Origin: a virus
Strand: one strand, 5' to 3'
DNA: 64,000 nucleotides
IMG/VR virus record: IMGVR_UViG_3300045004_000088
Coordinates: 64,001-128,000 of that record
Shown one piece after another: positions 36,747 through 46,158 of this stretch. The notes under the pieces are model-generated. The model ran no database searches. It saw only the letters and a list, made by a program, of their open reading frames with translations, and was not told where the DNA came from. The first letter of the stretch is position 1; each line of letters starts with the position of its first letter. A program made the position numbers and the translations under genes.

Positions 36747-37414
36747 ATCTTCGCCGCCTTCTTGAGAGCGTCCATGTCGATCCGCTTCTTACCCATAACG
36801 CGGATTCGTTCGACGTGGTGATCTCGGTCCCAAGTGTTACTGCCGTGGAACGTGCGGCAGTAACACGTCCCGCCCTCCACAATGTGCAGCATGTTCTGCA
36901 ACTTCAATTCCTTCTTCAACACCGTGTCCTCACCCTTTGACGCGGGCGGGTAGAACTTGCCGGCGCGACGATCAAGGAACAACGTCCCCTCGATCCCGTT
37001 CGGGTCCGCGACCCACGCCACTTCGTTCGTATCGCAGAAATAGTGCAGTTGTTCCTTCAGGACGACGGCCGGGTATTCGCCGTCGTGATGGCCCTTGTAC
37101 TGCTCACTGATCCGCGTCGGCCCGTACCAGTCGTCATCGTCCCACTGGATCGTCAAGTCGCTCGGTGAATACTCCAGAGCGAGATTCCGAAGTTCTCCGA
37201 GTTTCCGTTTCCGGGCCGAGTGAAGCACGGAAACTTCACGGTCGTCACCCATGAGTTTCTTCAAAGCCTCATGCTCTTTGACATCCCCGTCGTTGACGAT
37301 GAGCAAATGCTTATTGGGGTAGTCCTGCTTCTTGAAGTATTTGTAGCTCTGCTTGACCAGCGGAATCCTTCCCGTGGTCACCATCAGAGCGGTGATCATC
37401 GGGTAGTGCTTCAT
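36707..37414 (-). CDS. glycosyltransferase family 2
   Basis: N-terminal MITALMVTTGRIPLVKQSYKYFKKQDYPNKHLLIVNDGD is a typical GT2 start (I(T/S)..M.T.NR...L......Q.Y...EL.IVDDGS). Confidence 0.6.
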   Translation of the reverse strand: MKHYPMITALMVTTGRIPLVKQSYKYFKKQDYPNKHLLIVNDGDVKEHEALKKLMGDDREVSVLHSARKRKLGELRNLALEYSPSDLTIQWDDDDWYGPTRISEQYKGHHDGEYPAVVLKEQLHYFCDTNEVAWVADPNGIEGTLFLDRRAGKFYPPASKGEDTVLKKELKLQNMLHIVEGGTCYCRTFHGSNTWDRDHHVERIRVMGKKRIDMDALKKAAKIYRWPAGWKPLFG

Positions 37415-38472
37415 GCGACCTCCGTGCTGTCTTCGTTGCGTGAGCGGAAGTAGTCCCGCATTTGATCGCGAAGGCCAATCGACCTATCGGTCAACTGCCA
37501 CAGCCCCTGGCTGTCGCGTTTGAGGTCCAAGTTCGGATCGTAGTTGTTGTCGAGCAGAATCTTCGAGCGTTCCTTGTAGCGGCGGTCCTTCTTCCGACCG
37601 TGCCAGTGGTGGAGGATGCTCCCCGGAACGTAACCGATGTTCCGACGAATGTGCCTCTCTGCCCGCTGTTCCCACTCCAACATGTAATCGACAAAAGACT
37701 TGGACCAACCCGGCCCAATCGTCTCTTTAATCCGGCCGATCAAGCCGTAGGCCATGTACCAGTCGGCCGAACCGAGAACGGCCCAGTCGATCAACCCGCC
37801 GAGGGCGTTAATCGCTTCGCGGCGAGCGGCCCATGCGTAGCCTGGGTGCGCGTAATACGGACGCGGTTGCGGCTGGAGCTTGAGATTCCGTCCTTCGTAG
37901 CAGGACATCGTCAGTTCGCCCGGAGCGTGCTGCGGGAGGTCGAACCCGCCGTTCTTGTACCTGTTGGCGAAGCCGGTGTGGTTCTTGATTACCGAGAAGT
38001 CCGGTCCCAGATCGTGCGTGTGCGAGAACATCTGCACGATGTGGAAGTGTTGCAGTTGGTTCAGAGTCTCGTTCACCCAGTCCGGTCGCGCGAAGCTGAT
38101 GTCGGGATCGATCCACGCGACGTACTCCCAGTCGGACGGCAGACGGGAAAACGCAATGTTGATCAGATTCTCTTTGTGCCAGACCTCGCTCCAAGTCCTT
38201 AGCTGGATGTGTCTTGGGTTGTCCTTGTGTGTGACGACGTGCGGACGGTTGCCGAACGCGGCTTCGGCGACCCAAAGCTGTGCGCCGGCGTCGTTGACCA
38301 TCTTCTCGAATTTCTCGAAAAGGTGGTAGCGGGTGGCGTAGCGGCATGCGTTCGTGAGGGGAACGATGACGTGAAGTTTGCTTGGTTCCCAGATGAATGG
38401 GGATTCTGGTGTTGTGTGGTACGTCGGGAAGGCCGTCTTGACGTAGGCCGCTGGCTTGTCGTGGATTGGCAT
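37411..38472 (-). CDS. putative GT-A-fold nucleotide-sugar transferase (DxD-containing)
   Basis: The start overlaps the downstream GT2 gene by 4 nt, suggesting an operon. It contains VAWIDPDISF, a DxD-like motif after a hydrophobic strand. Weak support. Confidence 0.3.
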   Translation of the reverse strand: MPIHDKPAAYVKTAFPTYHTTPESPFIWEPSKLHVIVPLTNACRYATRYHLFEKFEKMVNDAGAQLWVAEAAFGNRPHVVTHKDNPRHIQLRTWSEVWHKENLINIAFSRLPSDWEYVAWIDPDISFARPDWVNETLNQLQHFHIVQMFSHTHDLGPDFSVIKNHTGFANRYKNGGFDLPQHAPGELTMSCYEGRNLKLQPQPRPYYAHPGYAWAARREAINALGGLIDWAVLGSADWYMAYGLIGRIKETIGPGWSKSFVDYMLEWEQRAERHIRRNIGYVPGSILHHWHGRKKDRRYKERSKILLDNNYDPNLDLKRDSQGLWQLTDRSIGLRDQMRDYFRSRNEDSTEVA

Positions 38473-38544
38473 TTGATCCTTTCCTGGGGTCTACTCGAAT
38501 TATAGCTAGGTAGGGACGCCGGCCTGCCGACTCGCCGTTCTACA

Positions 38545-39213
38545 TCACTTTTTCAAACTCGATCTGTATTCTTGGGCTTGTGCATCTCGGCCTTCCTTGT
38601 CGTCCGCGACGAGTTGCTCAATGATCGGCTGTGCGGCACGGAGCCATTCGGCGTAGAAGTTCTTCCAGGCACGGATCAAATCCACGAAATCTTCCGGCTG
38701 TATGAACTCTTTGACCAACTGTTGTGCGGCTTTGAATCCTTTGTAACACTCTTTGAACCGCATAATGTTGACTTGGAAGTTGACGACGTGCGGTCGTTTC
38801 TTGGCCTGTGGCTTCTCTTGTGGTTTGCTCCACCACCATTCATTCTGATTGTGAAGGAATTGTCTGAAAGTCTGCCAAAGTTCAAGTAGATTCGAGCAAA
38901 CTTTTTGCTTGTCGGGATAAAGCTTGGCGACATCGCATATCATGTCCTCGAAATTGTCTTGGTCATAGTGCCAGTGAGCGTTAAAAGCTCTGGAAGCTTG
39001 CTCAGGCGAAGTGTACTTCGGCGTGCCTGAAAAGTTCTCGATACTTTTGCCGTCTTTGCGCCGATTTTTGAGTGTGGGGTCTACGCCGTTAAGGACGCGG
39101 ACCATTAGTCCACGAAGATCCCCCTGCCCGACAACGAAATCGTCGTTGTCGTCCTGGCCGTGCATCGTTTTGGAAACGGTGGGGCTGTTGTCGCTAGACG
39201 GCGTTTTTACCAT
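38545..39213 (-). CDS. hypothetical Trp-rich protein
   Basis: ATG at 39213 (MVKTPSSDN...). The start is divergent from the 39369 gene. Confidence 0.35.
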   Translation of the reverse strand: MVKTPSSDNSPTVSKTMHGQDDNDDFVVGQGDLRGLMVRVLNGVDPTLKNRRKDGKSIENFSGTPKYTSPEQASRAFNAHWHYDQDNFEDMICDVAKLYPDKQKVCSNLLELWQTFRQFLHNQNEWWWSKPQEKPQAKKRPHVVNFQVNIMRFKECYKGFKAAQQLVKEFIQPEDFVDLIRAWKNFYAEWLRAAQPIIEQLVADDKEGRDAQAQEYRSSLKK

Positions 39214-39368
39214 AGCGTGATCTTGCGAACGAGGCGGCACATAATCGACCGTCGCGGCTCCCAAGTCAACCTCGGATTTTTCCAGCCAGTTTCTGAAGCC
39301 TTCTATACGGTTATCTATTGACACCGGCCCCAGAACGGACGATATAAGAGGTAAGAAGGAGGAATGAC

Positions 39369-39866
39369 ATGAGCAAGACAACCGAAGACATCCGCAAGAC
39401 GAACAAGACCGAACCGGCCAAAGTGCAGGCCGGTCACCTGATGGCGATCATCTACTACGTCACGGTCGAAAACACCGCCTACAACGGCGAGCGGTTGACC
39501 GTGAAGGACGTGGTGGGCGATACCGGAAAGATCGACATCAACGGCAAAAGTCTGATCGAAACCGCACTGTCGGCCGACCAGTTCCAAGAAACCGTGAAGG
39601 TGAACAGGACGCAACTGGCTCAACTCCTGATCGAGTCGCACAACCGGCCGTTCACGGTCGTGTTCGACAAGCAGGAGAGCAAAGACGGGAAGGACAAAGA
39701 GAGGAAATTGCGAGGCCGACTGATCAGCCACGAAGCACTCCTCGGCCGGTCGCTGGTCGAAGATCTGGACATCGACGCGAAAGATCCGAAGGGCCGCACG
39801 CGACTCGTGGACCACCGGACGCTCAAATCACTTATAGTCGATGGTGTCAAGTACGAACTGAAGTAA
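39369..39866 (+). CDS. hypothetical protein
   Basis: 165 aa, AGGAGG RBS, GATATAAG motif upstream. A strong terminator follows downstream. Confidence 0.4.
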   Translation: MSKTTEDIRKTNKTEPAKVQAGHLMAIIYYVTVENTAYNGERLTVKDVVGDTGKIDINGKSLIETALSADQFQETVKVNRTQLAQLLIESHNRPFTVVFDKQESKDGKDKERKLRGRLISHEALLGRSLVEDLDIDAKDPKGRTRLVDHRTLKSLIVDGVKYELK

Positions 39867-39954
39867 ATACCTGCAAGCACTCCGAGAAAGTGCTGGTGTG
39901 GACGCAGGGGAGGGCAGAGTGCCTTCCCCTTGAGAGAAACACGACAGGGAAATG

Positions 39955-39984
39955 GCCCCCGAAACTTCGGGGGCTTATTTTTTG
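39955..39984 (+). terminator. rho-independent terminator (overlaps stop of convergent phosphatase gene)
   Basis: Stem gcccccg / cgggggc with loop aaactt, followed by ttatttttt. Confidence 0.7.
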
Positions 39985-41009
39985 TACTTGGCTGCGTCCT
40001 CGGTCAGATCGACCATCCGACCCTTTTTGCCGCAGTGGTGCGGGCTGTAAGCCAACCCCACGTCCAAGTTGACGGCGCGGCCGTCGCAGTATTCCATCGG
40101 CAGGTGTTCGCCGAACAGACGAGTATGTCCGTGGCAGACCTTCTTCGCCCCGCCGAAATACTCCAGATGGTGCGGGATGATCTCTTCACCGGAATCCCAG
40201 TAGCGGCCCGAAGTCGTCACGCCCCAGAACTTGTAGCCCGGAGAGATCGAAGACGAGAGCAGTCCGAGGGTCAGGGCGTTGTTCGCCTTCTGGATCGGGT
40301 CCGTCTTGTCGCTGTCATCAATGGACTCGAAGAACTTGTACACGCGGTGCGAATCACAGTGTTGAAACAGGACGCCGTCCTTGAGGTACATGGCGGGCCA
40401 GCCGACCGCCCACATCATCAAGTCGGGCGACTCCATGAACTTGACGAGGTCTTCAAGGTTCATGCCGTTCGCGAGCATGTCGGCGATCTGATCCTTGAAG
40501 ACGCGGAGTTCGCCGGCTTCATCGGGGAGATCGGACTCGTCAATACCTTCGGGGGTGTCGGGGTTGGCGGCGTAGTTCGCGCAGGCGTTCATGACGGCAC
40601 CCATCCGCCAGTGCTTCTTCTCGCGGTACAGGGTGCCGCCGTCGTTGGACTCCTTGAACGTGTCCTCGCGTGAGCCGTTGTTGATCTTGGAGATCAACTC
40701 CCTGAGCTTCGGTCGCCGGACCAAGAATATGGCGCAGTTGAGGAAGCCGATGTCGTGGTTGCCCATCGTGACAACGAGGTCGCCACCGGCGGCTTCGGCC
40801 TGCTTGTGGAGGTTGTAGGCTTTCTCGATGGTTTCGTAGCCGTGCGGCCCACGGTCGGTGAGATCGCCGGTGAGAACGAGTGTGCCGTCCTCGGAAGCCC
40901 AGTCGCCGTTGGAGTCAACGACACCCTTGTCTTCGAGGTTGAGCATCATTTCGCCGAGCATGCCGTGGATGTCGCCGATCCCGAACAATTTTTTTGTCTT
41001 CATGCGCAC
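39975..41009 (-). CDS. calcineurin-like metallophosphoesterase (Ser/Thr phosphatase / diadenosine tetraphosphatase-like)
   Basis: GIGDIHGML, LVLTGDLTDRGPHG and TMGNHD are the canonical metallophosphatase motifs I-III. Confidence 0.7.
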   Translation of the reverse strand: MRMKTKKLFGIGDIHGMLGEMMLNLEDKGVVDSNGDWASEDGTLVLTGDLTDRGPHGYETIEKAYNLHKQAEAAGGDLVVTMGNHDIGFLNCAIFLVRRPKLRELISKINNGSREDTFKESNDGGTLYREKKHWRMGAVMNACANYAANPDTPEGIDESDLPDEAGELRVFKDQIADMLANGMNLEDLVKFMESPDLMMWAVGWPAMYLKDGVLFQHCDSHRVYKFFESIDDSDKTDPIQKANNALTLGLLSSSISPGYKFWGVTTSGRYWDSGEEIIPHHLEYFGGAKKVCHGHTRLFGEHLPMEYCDGRAVNLDVGLAYSPHHCGKKGRMVDLTEDAAKYKK

Positions 41010-41614
41010 CTTTCTATCTTATACCTCATACACTTAGGCACAAACGGTTCAACTAAAGGAAGGAACTTCTCTATCTCTGTCATCGACACCAGTCGGATCG
41101 CCTTCTGATTTATCCTGAAGTCGAGATCGAACTTATCCTTAAAAAACCTGATCATGGTCTGACGTTCTGCGTCCGAGAAACACTGAGTAGATATGGTCAG
41201 ATGCTTTGTGTCAGAAGTCCAATACAGGTTGCCGTCGTCACAGTACCAGATGGCGATAGCTTCAGGCGTCAGTGCTGTCAGTAGCTCCATCGTCACTATT
41301 TTCTTGTCTTCTTTGCAAAATTGTTCATACAAAGCATTGAAGCCAGGATGCGCCTTCAGACAGGCGGTGAAAGAGGAGTATGTCTTGCCTGTTCTCTTGT
41401 CAAATCGCGACCTCTCAAATGGCGTCCAATCAAGTCCGACCTGTTCTGCCTTCCAAACCGCGTAGTCTTTTTGTTCAGCACCATGCTCCCACCTGATGGA
41501 TCTATTTTTTTGTCGAACTGCCATTTTGGGGAAGAACGCATCGCCAAGTAGCGTTCCCATTAACAGATCCGCCTGTCGGTCGCCTATGGCGTGGAGGCGT
41601 TGTTTTTTGTTCAT
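41000..41614 (-). mobile_element. free-standing LAGLIDADG homing endonuclease
   Basis: LLMGTLLGDA and IAIWYCDDGN blocks. Paralogous to 853..1710. Confidence 0.55.
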
Positions 41615-41703
41615 TTTGGTCGCTTTCTGACGTGTCCCTTAATGAGTATACGCCTAGCAAGAAGAAGAATTTCTGGTATCATACGGTGAAGGGGGAATTT
41701 TCC

Positions 41704-42231
41704 ATGAAACTCGAAAAGGTCATCAGCGGCGGGCAGAACGGCGTCGATCAGGCCGCGCTCCGAGCCGCCAAGTTCCTCGAAATTCCGACCGGCGGCTGGA
41801 TGCCCAACAGATGGATGACTTTGGACGGACCCCGCCCGGAGTTCGAGGAACTGTACGGGATGAAGGAGTGCTACGCCGGGTACAGGGCCAGAACCGAGGC
41901 AAACGTCATCGACGGGGACGCCACCCTGATCTTCGCGGCGGATTTCAAGTCCCCCGGAGAAATATGTACGTTCAGGGCGATCTCCAAGTTTCAAAAACCC
42001 TTCTTCAAGGTCCACGTTGACGACAACTTGATCGAGAAACTCGAAGAGGGGTTGGCGTGGCTGTCTTGGACCGAGGGCAAGACCCTGAACGTGGCCGGCA
42101 ACAGCGAGAACACCTCGTCGGGCATCGGCGAAAAGGCCGAGCAGTTTCTCACCGAACTATTTAGATGGTATGTGCGTCGTCCCGACATAAATAAAGCATG
42201 CACGAAGACCGAACCTCCGTTGACGCACTGA
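41704..42231 (+). CDS. SLOG-superfamily Rossmann protein (MoCo-carrier/LOG/DprA-like, PF12694-like)
   Basis: VISGGQNGVDQAALRAAKFLEIPTGGWMPNR...YRARTEANVIDGDATLIF matches the SGGQTGVDRAAL...GGW.P.GR...Y..RTE.NV.DSDGTLI signature. AGGGGGA precedes the ATG. Confidence 0.5.
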   Translation: MKLEKVISGGQNGVDQAALRAAKFLEIPTGGWMPNRWMTLDGPRPEFEELYGMKECYAGYRARTEANVIDGDATLIFAADFKSPGEICTFRAISKFQKPFFKVHVDDNLIEKLEEGLAWLSWTEGKTLNVAGNSENTSSGIGEKAEQFLTELFRWYVRRPDINKACTKTEPPLTH

Positions 42232-42337
42232 AGGCGAAGCTCGAACGTTACCTCAATGCGTTGGCGCGACTCGAACAGATGGTTCCCAAACCCGACCCGA
42301 CCCCCGGACTGTTGGCCGTGCGGGTCAAGGCGGTGTC

Positions 42338-42667
42338 GTGAGCGACATCAACATTCGCGGCTGTGCCGCGACCTCGGCGACCCGCTACTTCTACTACAAC
42401 TTCTCGGTCGGGTCGGTCGTCTACTTCGTCCCCAAAGCGAAAAAAGGCGTTCTGGAGCCTCACACGGTGAAGGAAGTCGAACCGTTCATGCGGAACGGGA
42501 ACTACATGCACTTCAAGTTCCTGTACCGGGACACCTTCAACGCGATCTTCAACGAGGACGAACTATGTTCGGAGGCCGACGCCATCGAATACGCTAAAAC
42601 GTACTACGAAACGGCCATCGCGGAACTGATCGAATTGATCAGAATCAAAGAATGCAATAATTCTTAG
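42338..42667 (+). CDS. hypothetical protein
   Basis: 109-aa ORF with a GTG start at 42338. It overlaps the stop of an unlisted 47-aa ORF at 42198..42341. Confidence 0.3.
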   Translation: MSDINIRGCAATSATRYFYYNFSVGSVVYFVPKAKKGVLEPHTVKEVEPFMRNGNYMHFKFLYRDTFNAIFNEDELCSEADAIEYAKTYYETAIAELIELIRIKECNNS

Positions 42668-42731
42668 CGCAATTCCAGAAACTTGTGGTTTGACAGCTTT
42701 TAAGGATGTCGCCCCAACCTCTCGGAGTGCA

Positions 42732-43250
42732 ATGAACAAGAATCTACAGGCCGAATTGAACACAATGGGCTACGGAGATCACGCCGTAGCAATCAGCACT
42801 GAAGCGGATCAGGACTTCCTGATCATGTCCAAGCTGCTCCGTATCACCAAGACCGTCGATTTCGAGCCGGAAGAACTCGAATACTACACCTGGATGTCCG
42901 AGAACATGGACGCCGCCGGCCACTTCGCACGCGGCAAGATACAAACGCCCGACTTCACCCCGGAAGAACTCCGCGAGTACCAATGGGCTGCCGAACACCC
43001 GACCGGCTCTTGTCGCGGCTTCCGTCTGACGGACGAGCCGACCGAAGAAGAGGTCAAGGGCTGGCAAGAGACGTTGGAATTCTTCAACAAGATGGACTTC
43101 GCGGCCGTTCGAGCGAAGATTGAGTTCTACGACCGCGAGGAAGAGAAGCCTTACGACAACGACCCGTGGTTCTCGGATCGAACCGGGGAGTGGCTGGCCT
43201 GTTGTAACCTCGGCCGCGACCCGTACTCTCAGAGCGACGATGCGTGGTGA
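42732..43250 (+). CDS. hypothetical acidic protein
   Basis: ATG at 42732 after GGAGTG. The product is E/D-rich. Confidence 0.35.
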   Translation: MNKNLQAELNTMGYGDHAVAISTEADQDFLIMSKLLRITKTVDFEPEELEYYTWMSENMDAAGHFARGKIQTPDFTPEELREYQWAAEHPTGSCRGFRLTDEPTEEEVKGWQETLEFFNKMDFAAVRAKIEFYDREEEKPYDNDPWFSDRTGEWLACCNLGRDPYSQSDDAW

Positions 43251-43981
43251 GGCCAGTCGCCCAGAGTGGCCGTCAGTTCGTCTTGCAACGCGATGTATTC
43301 GCGTTTGTCGCGTCCGGGCAAGCACTTGAACCGCTGACCTGTACACAGATCCCTCGAACTCATGAACCCGTGCCAGACGTATTGGGCGCGAGGCAAGTTC
43401 GCGTCCCGCCGATTGTCCACGTCGCGAATGTCGCCGGTCATCAGGGACATCGCCTGAACGCGGTCGAAGAACGTCTCGTTGTTCTTCCACGAAGCGAGCG
43501 TAAGCTTCCCGGTCGCATACTCGGTGGTTTTCACGTCAACGGTCAAGCCGTCCAAGATGAAGTCGCCGTCATCGTCTTTGACTTTGCGGGCCGCGACGGA
43601 GATTTGACTGGTCGGGAAGAGGTTGAACAGTTTGCCGAAAGCGAGTTCCCCCGCAATGCCGTTCTGTTCGATGAACCGCTCACGTTCAGAACCCGGTGCG
43701 CCGTCTTGGATCATGTTCTTGACGCCGGCCGACCGAGCCGCCTGAGTCCGTTTGGGGCCGATGACCATGCACGAGGCGATCTCGAACCGGGAGAGTTGGA
43801 TCTTGTAGCCTTTGGCGGGAACGAGAGGGGCAATTTCTTCCGCCCACGGACGGAGGTCGAAAGCCTTGTAGGGGTAGACACCCCGTTCACGACAGTCCTC
43901 CCAATAGTCGGTCAATTCGGCGCGAGAAACGTCGTTGCGGACGGCGTGGCGTTGATCGAGAAGCCAGCTTGACAGGTCCAT
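43229..43981 (-). CDS. hypothetical protein, possible PD-(D/E)XK-like nuclease
   Basis: GIAGELAFGKL ... DDDGDFILDGLTVDVKTT resembles an E...D...(D/E)xK arrangement. Weak support. Confidence 0.3.
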   Translation of the reverse strand: MDLSSWLLDQRHAVRNDVSRAELTDYWEDCRERGVYPYKAFDLRPWAEEIAPLVPAKGYKIQLSRFEIASCMVIGPKRTQAARSAGVKNMIQDGAPGSERERFIEQNGIAGELAFGKLFNLFPTSQISVAARKVKDDDGDFILDGLTVDVKTTEYATGKLTLASWKNNETFFDRVQAMSLMTGDIRDVDNRRDANLPRAQYVWHGFMSSRDLCTGQRFKCLPGRDKREYIALQDELTATLGDWPHHASSL

Positions 43982-44339
43982 GTGAAGCCTCCGTTTGAAG
44001 GTAGTTTACCACCTTCAACATCGGCCGTCAACGCCGGTACGTCCATTACTTTTTCTTCATTTTCGCGGCGGGAGATGCGGCCGTCACGGGAGCGCTGGCC
44101 CCGGCGGTGCCGCCACCGGGCGGGTCTGTTGCACACGGACCAGTCGTTCCCGAACAGCCCTTGTTGTTGAGCTTGTACTTCGGGTAGATCTTGGCCGCGC
44201 GACCGGCCGGCGTGTCATCGGATTTGAACGGGTGGCCTGGACATCCCATCGTGCCGCACGACTCTTCGTTCTTCAGCCACTCTTTGAACTCTCCCATGAC
44301 AGTATCTATGAAAACAGCACGCATTGCTGCGTGCTGTTT

Positions 44340-44609
44340 TCACCAGTTCCAATCGTCATCGAGATCGCGGAACCGGGGTGGCGGTTCAATAACCACTGCG
44401 GGTTCGACCGGCTGTGACGGGCCGGGGTCGAGTACCACAGGGGTTTGAGTCAACGGTACTTGCGGTGCATAGAAGTAGCCGCAGTCTCGGAGGTCGTCGG
44501 CTGTGACGCCTGCAAGAATTCCTTTGAACGCCCCAGAAGACACTGTTTTGCCAGACGCTGTTGCCACGGGATCTCGCTTTCGCATACGACGATGATCATC
44601 GCCGCACAC
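44340..44609 (-). CDS. short ORF carrying a major-capsid-protein C-terminal motif (gp23/gp24-like fragment)
   Basis: CGYFYAPQVPLTQTPVVLDPGPSQP matches the MCP segment GYFYCPYVPLTQTPVVLDPESFCP. The DNA differs from the MCP gene by many synonymous changes. Confidence 0.3.
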   Translation of the reverse strand: MCGDDHRRMRKRDPVATASGKTVSSGAFKGILAGVTADDLRDCGYFYAPQVPLTQTPVVLDPGPSQPVEPAVVIEPPPRFRDLDDDWNW

Positions 44610-44845
44610 ATTTTAGCGTCCACCACCGAGAGCATGTTGAGGAAGACCCACGGCCAGACCGGGCCGTGAGCATCCTTGTCATACTTCGCCATGATGTTCG
44701 GGGCGAGGGACAGGCATGTGTAGTAGATGTCTTTTCGAGCGGGCTTGGGGAAAAAGCTCTTTGCGATTTTCTTCGCGGCGCGATGCAGAACGTCCGAGTG
44801 TTCTCGGCGCGACTTCTGCTGCAACCACACGTTGTCGGTGTTCAT
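44450..44845 (-). CDS. hypothetical protein
   Basis: ATG at 44845 (MNTDNVWLQQ...). The C-terminus overlaps ORF 44340..44609 in another frame. Confidence 0.3.
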   Translation of the reverse strand: MNTDNVWLQQKSRREHSDVLHRAAKKIAKSFFPKPARKDIYYTCLSLAPNIMAKYDKDAHGPVWPWVFLNMLSVVDAKMCAAMIIVVCESEIPWQQRLAKQCLLGRSKEFLQASQPTTSETAATSMHRKYR

Positions 44846-45006
44846 TGCTGCCTCTGTTGTTGAGATCCCGCAAGAGACGCAGGATCGTACTGTATGTAGT
44901 CTAAATCGGCCAGTCGGCCCGTCATGTCGGATGATATTGGAGGAACCCGCCCCCGTCAACGACACTTCAAAGAAAACATATCCCTTTTTCTGCCTTCATT
45001 ATACGC

Positions 45007-45564
45007 TCAGATGTACTTCCTGATGCGATAGGGATTCGCCTTGTCCAGCAGGTACTTGGGGAAACACGGGGTAACCATCTTCAACAATTTCTTGGCCGAC
45101 TCGCCCTCGAACACCGCGATCTTCTTCTTCTCGTAACACGGATACCCCACCTCGTTGAAATACCGGATCGCGACTTGATGATCGACCAGATTGGCGAGTC
45201 GAATGTAAACGCGGTTGCCGCAGATCCCGCCCTTGTCCAAAAACCAAGTGGCGATCCCGTCGCACTTCAACACGTCGAGCCACTTCATGGTGACCGCCTT
45301 GCGGCCATCGGCGTAACAGAGATCGCGGAACTCGTTCCAGATCTCGTGAGAACAAGACTCCCAAGTCTTGTTCTCAAAACCGCAAGGATCACGCGCGTAT
45401 TGTTCGAGGTGCTTACACTTGACTTTGAACCAGTTGAAGTCGTCCGTGGACCTCATGTACAACGAATAGTTCTTGCCCTTCGGGTGCTTTCGCACACACG
45501 AAGTTCCCAAGATGGTTCCCATCACGACCTGTCGCTGGTATTCGTATAGCTGAAATGAACGCAT
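45007..45564 (-). mobile_element. free-standing LAGLIDADG homing endonuclease (degenerate)
   Basis: VMGTILGTSC and IATWFLDKGG blocks, arranged as in 853..1710 and 41000..41614. Confidence 0.45.
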
Positions 45565-45677
45565 GCCCCTATGTAGTCAACTTCGGCGTAATTCCCGCAA
45601 GCAGTCACTCAAAGAACGGAGTTGGTGATTATCTACTATACAAGCGAGAAATTCGCGTCTCTTACAAGGAGGATCAA

Positions 45678-46013
45678 ATGGGTGCAACATCTGTAACCGG
45701 CCGTGGTAACGGCAGTGCAGACGGAATGAATAAGGGCAGTTCGCGGTCAACTTTGGGTGTTGACCACTTGATCGGCCCGCGCGTCGTCAATGCCGGTGTG
45801 GTGACGATGTCGGCTTCGACCAAAGACGTTGACTTCCCGACACTGTCGGGCGTGGTCGGCGACTACAGCGTTCAACTGACCGCTTCCAACTCGACGGCTG
45901 TCTTCGTTACGGATTTCACCGTTGATGGCTTCACCATCAACGGTGCTTCCGGCCAGACGATCTACTGGTCGCTGTTCAAGAACGGTCTGTCCGAGAGCGA
46001 CGTGCCGAACTAA
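45678..46013 (+). CDS. small S/T/G-rich protein, possibly virion-associated
   Basis: AAGGAGGA precedes the ATG at 45678. Two hairpin terminators follow the gene. Confidence 0.4.
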   Translation: MGATSVTGRGNGSADGMNKGSSRSTLGVDHLIGPRVVNAGVVTMSASTKDVDFPTLSGVVGDYSVQLTASNSTAVFVTDFTVDGFTINGASGQTIYWSLFKNGLSESDVPN

Positions 46014-46100
46014 ATGAAACAACCGACGAGGGCGTGCCTCGTCGGTCAGAAGGGTACGCTTTACATCGACGCAAAGCGTGGAAACGTCTCATCCTTCGGC

Positions 46101-46136
46101 AAACCACGGGTTCACGCCCGTGGTTTGTTTTTTTGG
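46101..46136 (+). terminator. rho-independent terminator
   Basis: Stem aaaccacggg / cccgtggttt with loop ttcacg, followed by gttttttt. A second hairpin lies upstream at 46023..46045 (ccgacgagg gcgtg cctcgtcgg). Confidence 0.7.
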
Positions 46137-46158
46137 ACACCCTATGTACCTGAGTTGA

